This document shows positions 18,669-27,692 of a stretch of 64,000 nucleotides of DNA, piece by piece (position 1 is the stretch's first letter; each line of letters begins with the position of its first letter). The position numbers and the translations under genes are program-made. Source of the stretch: Thermoplasmatota archaeon (GTDB taxonomy: Archaea; Thermoplasmatota; E2; JACPAO01; JAHFTW01); NCBI GenBank assembly GCA_041601615.1, contig JBFIHX010000001.1, positions 96,001 to 160,000 on the forward strand, read 5' to 3'. The notes beneath the pieces are model-generated. The model did no database searches, was not told where the DNA came from, and saw only the letters and a program-made list of their open reading frames with translations.

Positions 18669-19133
18669 GTGCCCGTCACTGTTCGCGCTGCCACGCTCGC
18701 CGATCTGGATGTGCTTGTGTCCAACTGTCTTGGGGTGGCTCGGGAGTCGGAGGGATTGGAGCCGGATCCTGTGCAGGCACGTGCAGCGGCCGAGGCGGCC
18801 CTGACGGATCCTCGCAAGGCGCGGTATTTTGTCGCCGAGGACACGGATTCGGGTGCTGTGGTGGGGAGTTTGTTTGTCACCTTTGAGTGGAGCGATTGGA
18901 AGAACGGTTGGTACTGGTGGATGCAGGGTGTGTTTGTGCAACCAGACCGGCGCGGGGAAGGCATCTATTCGCGCATGTACGAAGCTGTGCACGCGGCGGC
19001 GAGGGCGGCGGGCGACGTTCGCAGCATTCGGTTGTATGTGGACGAGGGCAACGAGGCGGGGCTTCGGGCGTACCGTGGCCACGGCATGACCGAGACGCGA
19101 TATCGCATCTTCGAGGCCATCGTAAGCCAATGA
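18669..19133 (+). CDS. GNAT family acetyltransferase
   Basis: VRAATLAD, TFEWSDWKNG, VFVQPDRRGEGI and LYVDEGN. Confidence 0.9.
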   Translation: MPVTVRAATLADLDVLVSNCLGVARESEGLEPDPVQARAAAEAALTDPRKARYFVAEDTDSGAVVGSLFVTFEWSDWKNGWYWWMQGVFVQPDRRGEGIYSRMYEAVHAAARAAGDVRSIRLYVDEGNEAGLRAYRGHGMTETRYRIFEAIVSQ

Positions 19134-19156
19134 TAGGTTGGTGCAAATGGCTCAGT

Positions 19157-19188
19157 TGTTGAAATGGTGCGATGTTGAAATGGTGCGA
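19157..19188. repeat. Perfect 16-bp tandem direct repeat TGTTGAAATGGTGCGA x2
   Basis: Read directly at 19157-19172 and 19173-19188, in AT-richer intergenic DNA. Confidence 0.85.
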
Positions 19189-19481
19189 TTATGTATCTAT
19201 GACATAGCATATCAATCAACAAATGATCCGTAACGCACCATCCTAAAATCAAGCACCCTTTGTACGCACCGCAACCTTCGTTGCCAAGAGACTCTCTGAC
19301 CCACCTGGATTCGAATCCGTAGCTGCATTCTTGTCTCCAAACCACTGCCTGCCGAACGCTCGCGGGCCCCTGAAGCACACTCCATGATTGAAGAAATCAC
19401 CCTTTCCGAAACCGAGGCACGTACGAACATGGGCCGCGGCGAAGCCGACGAGAACAAACGCATCCTCGAGTTGCTCTACTG

Positions 19482-19886
19482 ATGAACAAAAAATCCCTAT
19501 CTCCACTCTTGTTGCTCGCGTTCGCAGCGTCCGTCGGGGCGGGCTGCACGATCCAAGTGTTCGCGTCGCGCATTCCGTCCGAGGCCACAGGAACCGCCGT
19601 TGTAGTCGTTACCATGGTGGCCCTGGGATTGATTGCTGCCCTTTGGGGGTACGGCAGCGTGGGTGCTGCGGCGGCAGGAACATGGCTTGGGACATTCATC
19701 GGTGGGACCACGTTACCGGCCCCGTCCGACGACGCACCTTCGTTTGCGGACCCGATTGTGCTCGCTGTGTTGGCAGGAACGTACCTCGTGCTGTTTGCCG
19801 TGCCCGTCTTGATGTCCGGATGGACCGCCCGGCGCCTTCGCAATCGTGGTGGACGATCAAAGTCTGCATTGGGCCGTGAAGCATAA
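19482..19886 (+). CDS. Hypothetical membrane protein (~4 TM)
   Basis: 134 aa ORF with four hydrophobic segments. Confidence 0.6.
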   Translation: MNKKSLSPLLLLAFAASVGAGCTIQVFASRIPSEATGTAVVVVTMVALGLIAALWGYGSVGAAAAGTWLGTFIGGTTLPAPSDDAPSFADPIVLAVLAGTYLVLFAVPVLMSGWTARRLRNRGGRSKSALGREA

Positions 19887-19956
19887 CAGGCGCTTGGCCC
19901 CCAATGGACCGTCGGCCCGTCGTCCCTGAACAACACGGTCAAGTCCGCACGCCGCA

Positions 19957-20847
19957 GTGGCCCGCTCGATGCTTGGCGCCACGGGGCTTGCAAAACGCTA
20001 CGGCGACCACGAGGCGGTGCGGGGCTTCGATCTCTCGATTCCAGAGGGTCGCATCGTGGGCCTCGTGGGCAACAATGGTGCCGGCAAAACCACGGTCATC
20101 AAGATGCTCGCGGGCCTCCTGGAGCCAACGTACGGGACGGTTCGGGTGGATGGGCGTGATCCACTCGTGGCGCCGGTTCGTGCCCGCATTGGCTACTTGC
20201 CCGAAGATTCACCCTTGTACGACGACATGACGCCGCTTGGGTATCTTGCCTATTTTGGCGCCTTGTATGGCATGGACCGCCGCACTTGCAAATCTCGCGC
20301 CAAGGTCCTCCTAGGCCGTCTGCGCTTGGAAGAGCGGCATTGGAGCATGAGCATCGGAAAACTCAGCAAAGGCAGCGCTCGCAAAGTGGCCTTGGCTCGA
20401 TGCTTGTTGCATGATCCAGCACTGGTGATCCTGGACGAGCCTCGAAGTGGCCTGGATCCAGCCACACAGCACGTGCTTGATTCGTTCCTATTGGAATTGC
20501 GCGCCGAGGGAAAGGCGATTTTGCTTTCTGCCCATGACCTGGATCAAGTGGAACGGGTCTGTGACGAGGTGTTGGTCTTGGACCACGGCAACGTGGTACT
20601 ACGGGGTACATTGGCAGAATTGCATGGACGCGGCGGACCGATGGAATACCGCATCCGAGCGACTCTGGCGTTTCCTGGCAGCCGCCCAGATGGCACCGAC
20701 CATGTTCGGCACGTCACCAAGTGGCGCGATGTGGAAGCGTGTCTTACTGCGATTCGGGACGCCGATGGTCGCGTGTTGGACCTTGGCAGCGAGTCGCCTC
20801 GCCTTGCGGATGTTCTGCAAAGCCTTGTGGAGTCCGAGTCCGGATGA
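19957..20847 (+). CDS. ABC-2 type transporter ATP-binding protein
   Basis: Walker A GNNGAGKT, signature LSKG, Walker B ILDEP, and H-loop SAH. Confidence 0.93.
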   Translation: MARSMLGATGLAKRYGDHEAVRGFDLSIPEGRIVGLVGNNGAGKTTVIKMLAGLLEPTYGTVRVDGRDPLVAPVRARIGYLPEDSPLYDDMTPLGYLAYFGALYGMDRRTCKSRAKVLLGRLRLEERHWSMSIGKLSKGSARKVALARCLLHDPALVILDEPRSGLDPATQHVLDSFLLELRAEGKAILLSAHDLDQVERVCDEVLVLDHGNVVLRGTLAELHGRGGPMEYRIRATLAFPGSRPDGTDHVRHVTKWRDVEACLTAIRDADGRVLDLGSESPRLADVLQSLVESESG

Positions 20848-22619
20848 AGGACGCAATCCGGCTTGCCTTGGAGGAGGCTCGGCGCCAAGGTAGCCGCTTC
20901 GACCGGCGCACCCTGATTGTGCTTGCGCTCGTGGGCCTCGTTACTGGCGTCGTCGTGGCACTCGCCCCTCCGCCGGCGCCGAGTCCCGGCACCGACTTGT
21001 TTACCCTGGAAAGTGCCCCAGACAGCCTGTTTCGAGACGCCGCACGGTCCGATCATCGGCTGCGGGTGTTGGACGGGGACGGTTCGAGGTTCCAAGCCGG
21101 CAATGCCGACCTCTATCTTGCAACGGACGCCGTTCACTTCGACCGGGACAACGAGGCGAGCCTTGCTGCTCTCGAAGTACTTGAATCGGCGGTGCGCCGC
21201 TGGATGGACCAACGACTGCTTGCAGAAGCAGACGACGCCGCGGCATTCCCTCTCAGCATCACGCTCGTGTTCGAGCCGCGCACCTTGTCGGTCGCACCGA
21301 ATCCCGAATCCTCGGACCCAGGCCCCCCGGCACCCCCTGCACCACCCACGGACCCAGGAACCGAGGAGCCCGGTCCCGGCAGTGAGGGCGGCCCGGGCGG
21401 AAGCGACGATCCTCCCGAAGCACCCTCGACTCCGAATGTACTGGACACAGCCGAGCCCACGGGCGCCGTGCAGCGCAACATTCGCCCCGAACAAGTGGAG
21501 CCACCGTTTCCCATCCGAAGTCTGCTGCTGACCTTCGCGTACGTCTTGCCCGCTGGCCTATTGGCGCAAGTGCATGCCAGCAACCTCCATGCGGAACGTG
21601 TGCGCCGTCGGGGCGTGTTGCTGCTCTCGGCACCCTTGACCAGCCGCGATATCCTGATTGGCAAAAGTCTGCCCGCACTGGCCCTTACGGTGCTGATTGC
21701 CGCCGTGGTCACCGTCGCCCTGGGAGCAGGCATCCTCGGATTCCTGGCGAGCCTCAGCTTCCTCGGTTTCCTCTTCACGCTCACTACGTTTCTGGCGGTG
21801 CTGGCGCGATCCCCTCGTGAATTGAGCCTCTTGCAAGTGGCGGCCACCACCCTGCTCAATGCGTTTCTGTTTCTGCCCGCCATGTTCCCAAGCTTGCCGC
21901 CCGTGGCGTTTCTGAGCCCGGTGCATGTGGTGGCGGCCGGCATCCGAGGCGACCCCGTAACCATGGGGCAATTCCTGTACGCCACCCTGCCGCTTGGCCT
22001 CGGCGCGCTCGCCCTTGGAGCCCTCGCCATCGGCATGACCCGAGAAGAACTACTGTTCAGTGTACGAAGCGGCACGGCGCGGCTGCTGGATGCCCTCGGC
22101 GCCGTCACCACCAAGCGCCGCCGCGTGCTTCTGGCTGGAATTCTTGTGGTCCCCTTCGTATTCGTGGCCGAATTGATGGTGTTCGTGCTCGCGGCAATCC
22201 TCGGCATCGGCGCTGCACTCGGCATCTTCCTTGGGCTCTCCGTGGTGCTAGAGGAACTTGCCAAAGGCGCCGTGGTTTGGGCAGGCCGCCGACCCGGCAA
22301 ACACCTACCGGAAACCCCCATCACGCCCACTGTGCTCGGGATTCTGGCGGGCGCCGGTTTCTGGGTTGGGGAAAAATCGTACCTGATTCTCACGCTCGTG
22401 GGCTTTGAGGACTTGCCATTTGCGCGAGAAGCGCTCCTCGTGCTTGGCACCGGACCCGGCATCATCGGCATCACCATTCCGCTCTTTTTGCATGTCGCCA
22501 CCGGTCTTGTCATGGCGCACGGAGCGGCGCGAGGCCGAGGCTGGATGGTTGCCGCGTTCTTTGCTGCCGTAGCGCTTCATTTTGGCTACGATGCGGTGCT
22601 CTTGGGAGGGTATCTATGA
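20844..22619 (+). CDS. ABC permease fused to a PrsW-family intramembrane protease domain
   Basis: ABC-2 permease motif E......LLSAP....ILIGK. C-terminal EELAK, E, LH and LH..YD PrsW-like residues. Pro/Glu-rich linker. Confidence 0.75.
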   Translation: MKDAIRLALEEARRQGSRFDRRTLIVLALVGLVTGVVVALAPPPAPSPGTDLFTLESAPDSLFRDAARSDHRLRVLDGDGSRFQAGNADLYLATDAVHFDRDNEASLAALEVLESAVRRWMDQRLLAEADDAAAFPLSITLVFEPRTLSVAPNPESSDPGPPAPPAPPTDPGTEEPGPGSEGGPGGSDDPPEAPSTPNVLDTAEPTGAVQRNIRPEQVEPPFPIRSLLLTFAYVLPAGLLAQVHASNLHAERVRRRGVLLLSAPLTSRDILIGKSLPALALTVLIAAVVTVALGAGILGFLASLSFLGFLFTLTTFLAVLARSPRELSLLQVAATTLLNAFLFLPAMFPSLPPVAFLSPVHVVAAGIRGDPVTMGQFLYATLPLGLGALALGALAIGMTREELLFSVRSGTARLLDALGAVTTKRRRVLLAGILVVPFVFVAELMVFVLAAILGIGAALGIFLGLSVVLEELAKGAVVWAGRRPGKHLPETPITPTVLGILAGAGFWVGEKSYLILTLVGFEDLPFAREALLVLGTGPGIIGITIPLFLHVATGLVMAHGAARGRGWMVAAFFAAVALHFGYDAVLLGGYL

Positions 22620-22762
22620 TGCCCGCCTCGCCACCCAGCAAAACCCCACCCCACTGCAGCCGTATGCCCTGGCGCACCTCTGCACACCTGTTCTCGACGC
22701 AGTTCCCGACGCAGTTCCCGACGCAGACCTGGATGCAGTTTGGCCTCGGAGGTTCCGCATGA
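22616..22762 (+). CDS. Putative 48-aa intercistronic peptide
   Basis: ATG overlaps the upstream stop (ATGA) and the TGA overlaps the downstream ATG (ATGA). SD GGAGG precedes it. Confidence 0.4.
   Translation: MMPASPPSKTPPHCSRMPWRTSAHLFSTQFPTQFPTQTWMQFGLGGSA
22695..22726. repeat. 12-bp tandem repeat CGACGCAGTTCC x2.7
   Basis: Read directly. Encodes TQFP-TQFP-TQ in the small ORF. Confidence 0.75.
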
Positions 22763-23808
22763 CTGCGCTGGCTGCTTTGTCGCGCAAGGAATTGCGGGAT
22801 GTACTTCGCGAAAAGAGCCTCATCACGGCATTCCTGATCCAAATGCTCCTAGCGGGATTCAGCGCCCTCTTGCTTGCCGGCCTTACTGCTTTGCATTCTC
22901 CTGAGACCCTAGACGCCGCCCCGGACGCATCGGTTGCCTATGTGGGGGCACAAGAGTTCGAGGTCTGGTTGCGACAAACCGGAAACTTGGACGTGACCAA
23001 CACTGATGGAGCAAGTGCCGTTGCCGGCTTCCGAGACGGCACCTTCGACGCGGTCATCCAAGAGGAAGCCACGGATCCTGAAGGTGTTCGATCCCTGACA
23101 TTGATTTTGGCGGATGGCGAGTTGGAGACGACGCTCCTGTCCACGCAACTTCGCCAAATGCTCATCGACTACGAGACACAGCTTCGCCAGGAGCGCAGTG
23201 AACGATTGGCACAGACTCTTGTGTTGCTTGACAAGGGACCGCGCTCCGAGACCCCTTATGCGTTCGTCTACACAACCCTGGTGCCATTGCTGGTCATCAC
23301 CCCGGTGTTTCTAAGTGGCGCCATCGCGGGCGATGCACTGAGCCAGGAATCCAAGACCCGGACGCTGTTGATTCTGCGCTCTGCGCCCGTGTCCCCGACG
23401 GTGCTGGTGTTTGGAAAGCTCCTGATCCCAGTTCTTCTGGTGCCTGTGCAGGTTGCCGTCTGGTTGGGGCTGTTTTGGCTCAATGGATTTCCCACGGAAT
23501 CTCCAGGCCTAGTGCTCCTGGCGGCCACCGTCATGGGCGTCTTGCTCACGGCCGCCGGCACCGCCATTGCCGCCACCGTGCGCAACGAAAGCACCACCCA
23601 AGCCGCTTACGCGGTTCTCGTGCTTGCGCTTGGCGTCCTCTCGCTTCTGTTACCGCGTGATCCGCTCAATTTGATCGCGCTGCTGTCCGTGGGCGTCGTG
23701 GAACCCAAAGGAGTGGCAACGCTGTTGCTGTTGTCTGGGCTTGCCGCATTGAGCCTCGTGGTGGCGGTGACGTTCACACGCCGCCGCATCGTCTCCGACG
23801 CGCTCTAG
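22759..23808 (+). CDS. ABC-2 transporter permease
   Basis: RKELRDVLREKS N-terminus and ESKTRTLLILRSAPVS...GK motif. SD GGAGGT upstream. Confidence 0.85.
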   Translation: MTALAALSRKELRDVLREKSLITAFLIQMLLAGFSALLLAGLTALHSPETLDAAPDASVAYVGAQEFEVWLRQTGNLDVTNTDGASAVAGFRDGTFDAVIQEEATDPEGVRSLTLILADGELETTLLSTQLRQMLIDYETQLRQERSERLAQTLVLLDKGPRSETPYAFVYTTLVPLLVITPVFLSGAIAGDALSQESKTRTLLILRSAPVSPTVLVFGKLLIPVLLVPVQVAVWLGLFWLNGFPTESPGLVLLAATVMGVLLTAAGTAIAATVRNESTTQAAYAVLVLALGVLSLLLPRDPLNLIALLSVGVVEPKGVATLLLLSGLAALSLVVAVTFTRRRIVSDAL

Positions 23809-24110
23809 TTGGCGTCCATGCGGAAGGTGCGTGCAAGCACCGTGGCCCCACGCGCTTGGATCCAATCGCGCACAAATGCAACGTGTCCGTCGCTGATGCG
23901 ATACGGCTCCACGTCGGCCTCGCTTGCAAACCCAATGACGAATAGAACGTCTTGGTCCTCGTCGAGGGCGGTGCCGGCGCGAAACGTGGTGACGCCAGGA
24001 AACGTTGGAAACGCGGAGCGGGCCTCCTCCACAACGGCCGCGCGGTCGGCGGTGGTGCGATACGCATCGGCGAATCGAAAGAGGACGATGCGGACAACGG
24101 GGGCATCCAT
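23805..24110 (-). CDS. Dabb family stress-responsive alpha/beta barrel protein
   Basis: RIVLFRF, PGV...AG and F.S......Y.....H..FV patterns. Confidence 0.75.
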   Translation of the reverse strand: MDAPVVRIVLFRFADAYRTTADRAAVVEEARSAFPTFPGVTTFRAGTALDEDQDVLFVIGFASEADVEPYRISDGHVAFVRDWIQARGATVLARTFRMDAN

Positions 24111-24186
24111 GGGGCGGGCAGGGGCGCGCCACGCTTGAATCGTGGGCCATGGGCATTTTCTACCCGCGGGGGCAAGGTTGTGAAAA

Positions 24187-24588
24187 TCAGTTCAGGCCGT
24201 TGAAGTCTGGATCCGAACAACTCGAAGCTTCGAAGCCTAGCTCCGTGGCCTCCATGCCGAGTGCGTCTCCTTCTCGAATGCCTGATTCCGTCGGAACGAG
24301 AATGCCGTGGACGAGTTCGCGCATGGCAACCAGGGGCACCAGTTCTTCGACGCTGCCGGCGCGAAGCGGTTTCATGGAAATGGTGCGCACACTTCGGTGA
24401 TCTTCGGATGAGACGTCCATGACCAATGCGCCGTCGATGGTGGCGACCCAGTCGTTGGCGGTGCGGCGGCGGAAGAAGCGGACGCTGGCGGTTTGGTCTT
24501 GCCAGTACTCGAATCGTTCTGTGCTGCCATGGTAGAGGATTTCGACGCGGTGTACGCTGTTCATCACGAGGAGCTTACCGTGTGGCAT
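24187..24588 (-). CDS. Hypothetical protein
   Basis: Open frame with protein-like composition. Start uncertain. Confidence 0.45.
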   Translation of the reverse strand: MPHGKLLVMNSVHRVEILYHGSTERFEYWQDQTASVRFFRRRTANDWVATIDGALVMDVSSEDHRSVRTISMKPLRAGSVEELVPLVAMRELVHGILVPTESGIREGDALGMEATELGFEASSCSDPDFNGLN

Positions 24589-25097
24589 ATCAGGGCTTGA
24601 GGTACGGCCGTTGCGCATGGCCAACACTTGTTCTAGACGAAGGGGCGAAAGGGCCCTGTCCCGCCCGCCCAATGGTACCAAAACGGCCTTTCCATGGGAG
24701 TTGTTTGCATCATCATGAGGAGGTTCTGAACCCGGCCTGCGTAGATCTTTTGCAGTTTTGACATATTGGAGTGCGGAATCTCGGGCATTGGAACCGACCA
24801 TAGCGCGACGATCTAGGTCTGATCGGGACGACTCTATTCAATTCCCGAATATCATAGGAGTTTTCACTCATCACTAGGGTTTTTCTTCTCCAGTTCTCGG
24901 ATTGGGTTGGATTTCTCAGGGCTGTGGATGACTGCAAATGCGATACTTTCGGGACAATCCAATTTATGTTTTGTTATACCGACCAGTACACAGAACCAAA
25001 AACAGCGTTCTGCGCCTCCATGCTGGTCTCGACCCCGCCGAGATTCAAAACGGAAACCTTCAAGAGACTAAGGCGCTCCGAAGCTTGGGTGGTCACC

Positions 25098-25631
25098 ATG
25101 CCGACAATTGCAATCACTGACCAAGAAGAGTTTTCCGACATCGACTTCCCGCTCAAGGGCACCCGCCTAGAGCTGGTGGTCGACTTCGGTACCGAAGTCC
25201 CCGAGGCCGCTTACGGTCGGTTCCTCGCCCAGGCCCTGCGCAGTCTTGCTGACCGCGCCGAGGCCGGCAAGGCGTCGCTGACGGAGCTGGAAGAGGGAGA
25301 GACTGCACCTGGTGAGATCGCCGCGGACGCCGAGAACTGGCGCGTACCCGACGATCTGCACATGAAGAGCGCCAAGGCTGCTCACCGATTCCTGGTGAGC
25401 ATCGCCAGCCTCGAAGAGCGTGGCCCTGCGCCTACGCTTGCCGAGGTTGCCGAGAAGGCCCGCCTCAGCATGCCGCCGGTCTACCGCTTCGTCGACTTCG
25501 ACACACCGGCCGGAGCCTACATCTCCAGCCTCGTGAGCGTGTCCAAGCGCGGCCGGGCCAAGGTCATCGACCTGACGCCCCTCGGCCGCAAGGTCGCCAG
25601 CCGCATCCGCGCTGGCAGCCTTCCCAGCTAG
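25098..25631 (+). CDS. Winged helix-turn-helix transcriptional regulator
   Basis: PTLAEVAEKARLSMPPVYR HTH and wing KRGRAKVIDLTPLGR. Acidic N-terminal domain. Confidence 0.7.
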   Translation: MPTIAITDQEEFSDIDFPLKGTRLELVVDFGTEVPEAAYGRFLAQALRSLADRAEAGKASLTELEEGETAPGEIAADAENWRVPDDLHMKSAKAAHRFLVSIASLEERGPAPTLAEVAEKARLSMPPVYRFVDFDTPAGAYISSLVSVSKRGRAKVIDLTPLGRKVASRIRAGSLPS

Positions 25632-25644
25632 GACCATCGGAGAA

Positions 25645-25684
25645 CTCCCTTTTCCTTCCCTCCCTTTTCCATACCTTTGTTTTG
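25645..25684 (+). terminator. Pyrimidine-rich archaeal terminator
   Basis: CTCCCTTTTCCTTCCCTCCCTTTTCC...TTTGTTTT directly after the stop codon. Confidence 0.45.
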
Positions 25685-26164
25685 GGCGCCTGCACGCGCA
25701 GCAAGCCCTCTTTGATTTCCTGACCACGGGAGCCCTGTGACGTGTTGCACGTCGCTGATTCCCACGGTGCACGCTTGCATTCTTTCCTTGGCGCAGCTTC
25801 GGCTTGCGCGGTCCGCCATTGAAGCCGCCTCGCCACGCGCCTATGGGCTCCCGCAGCGCGCCAGGAAGGCACTACAGCCCAAATGCTGCTAAGGCAAGGG
25901 GAATCAACTGCTTCCCTTGCCGCATTCTAACCCCGAAACTTGACTCCAGAATAGGTGCCCGAGGCCCACGTTGGCCGAGAAAGGGATACTGCGGCCAAAG
26001 ATTCAGCCGAGCGTACCCCCTCAGCAATGCAGAGAGGGACAACCGTCAAGGTTCCATGGTCAGGATCCTCAAGACAAGGTTGTGCCCTTCGTGGGTCGTT
26101 CATTCCAACGACCCCAAGGGGTGAAAAGGAGGAAAAGGAGCAGACTATGCTACGAACTCGCAGC

Positions 26165-27652
26165 CTAGTTGCGGCGGCGGCGCAGGAGCATGGAGCTTCC
26201 TACAGCCACACCGATGAGAGCACCGACTCCGAGGCCAGGCGTCTTCTTCTTGCCGCCCGTGGTGTCCGTGGGGTCTTCCTCGTCACCCGTGGTAGGCTCA
26301 GGGACGACCGGAGGCGACTCGGGAACGCCCGGGGGCTCTGTGGTGTTTCCGCTGGGATCCGTCACCACCGGTGGGTCAACAGGGCAGGCCGTACCGCAGC
26401 CGCCACCGCCGCCACCGCCACCGGGTACTCCAACTTTCGTGGAGCCGGCAACGAAGGAACTGTAGTGCGTGATCCCTACTTCGAACAAGTAGGGATCGTT
26501 ATCTGTTCCGACGCGGTTGACAACGGGTTGCTTGAAGAACGACTTGAGGGCGCCATCCGATTGGAAAGCAAACACTCGGAAGTACTTGACCGCCTCTGCC
26601 TCATTGACGAAGATGTTGCTCTTGACAAGATCCTGGAAGTAGCTGGCGGGCACTTCAAGGACGGGTGTTGTCCTGAGAACTCCATTGAGGTCCGTGGTGG
26701 TGGAACCGTCGGGCTTCTCCAGCACGAATTGGAACTGGATGAGCGGCTGGGACACTGGGAACATGCCGCTGAGGTCGAGGATACCGAACGATGGGGCCTT
26801 CTTGTCCACTTCCTGGGATTTCAGGATGTTCAAGCGGCTGCCCGATTCGATTGTTTTGCTCACCGGAGTCACAGAGATGGACTTCATGCCAAAGCCGTGC
26901 GGCAGATCTACGGGGTTGGTTTTGATTCCAACGGGCAAGTCGCCGCCTACGACCGTGGCGCCACTTCCATCAGGCTTGACGGAGCCGTCCGATGTGGACA
27001 CGTAGCCCTTGTTGGCAAACACTGCGGTGAGGGGGAAGCTGGGTAGGGTGTGCGCCGCGTCTCCGCCTACGAAGGCCTGGATGCGGAAGGTTTCGAAGGC
27101 ATCTGCGGAGTTTCCGGAGGGGCCGCCGGTGAAGAAGTTGCAGCCAGACACCTTGATGACGACTTCTACGGTGACCGTGGCGGAGGGGGAGCCGTAGCCG
27201 TAGCCGTACCCGTAGCCGGAGAAGACGTTGCCTCCGCCGGAGAAGCTGAGGCCTTGGCCGTAGCTGTATCCGTAGCCGCCGTCAACGCCCGTAATGGTAT
27301 ATCCGTAGCCGGAGAACTCATTGTGGGTGGCCGAGGCACCGACGACTGTGGTGATGGTGGCGGAGGGGGATCCGCCGGTGGTGGCGATGCAGAAGGGCGT
27401 ACTCAGGACGCCGCCGGCCAGAACCGAGGATTGGGGGGCGACCAGCACTTTTGCGTAGTTGAGCGGCACATGCTCCCCTGCGGGAATTGTGACCGTTGTT
27501 AGGAGTGTGAAGGCGCCTGTGTCGTCCAGGGCACCAGAGGTAAGGTTGGTGACCTTTGCGGCTTCCGCTGTCTCTGGAAACAGAACGAAAATGCCGAGCA
27601 GTAAACTTCCTGTGACCACCAGCGTGGTGGCAGTGTTCTTTAGTCCGACCAT
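26165..27652 (-). CDS. Cell-surface (S-layer-like) protein with PGF-pre-PGF-like domain and PGF-CTERM-like anchor
   Basis: N-terminal signal peptide, GYG-rich segment, THYSSFVAG, Gly8 plus Pro/Thr/Glu linker, and C-terminal KKKTPGL-TM-RRRRN. Confidence 0.75.
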   Translation of the reverse strand: MVGLKNTATTLVVTGSLLLGIFVLFPETAEAAKVTNLTSGALDDTGAFTLLTTVTIPAGEHVPLNYAKVLVAPQSSVLAGGVLSTPFCIATTGGSPSATITTVVGASATHNEFSGYGYTITGVDGGYGYSYGQGLSFSGGGNVFSGYGYGYGYGSPSATVTVEVVIKVSGCNFFTGGPSGNSADAFETFRIQAFVGGDAAHTLPSFPLTAVFANKGYVSTSDGSVKPDGSGATVVGGDLPVGIKTNPVDLPHGFGMKSISVTPVSKTIESGSRLNILKSQEVDKKAPSFGILDLSGMFPVSQPLIQFQFVLEKPDGSTTTDLNGVLRTTPVLEVPASYFQDLVKSNIFVNEAEAVKYFRVFAFQSDGALKSFFKQPVVNRVGTDNDPYLFEVGITHYSSFVAGSTKVGVPGGGGGGGGCGTACPVDPPVVTDPSGNTTEPPGVPESPPVVPEPTTGDEEDPTDTTGGKKKTPGLGVGALIGVAVGSSMLLRRRRN

Positions 27653-27692
27653 GGAATGCGTCCATATTTGCTTCCCCTATAATAGGAGTGCG

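Noticed and set aside
19157-19188. Possible CRISPR repeat (contains GTTGAAAT)
   Set aside because: Only two abutting 16-bp copies, with no spacers and no cas genes in the window.
25632-26164. SRP RNA or RNase P RNA
   Set aside because: The conserved SRP helix-8 and RNase P P4 (GAGGAAAGUCC) sequences were not found on either strand by eye.
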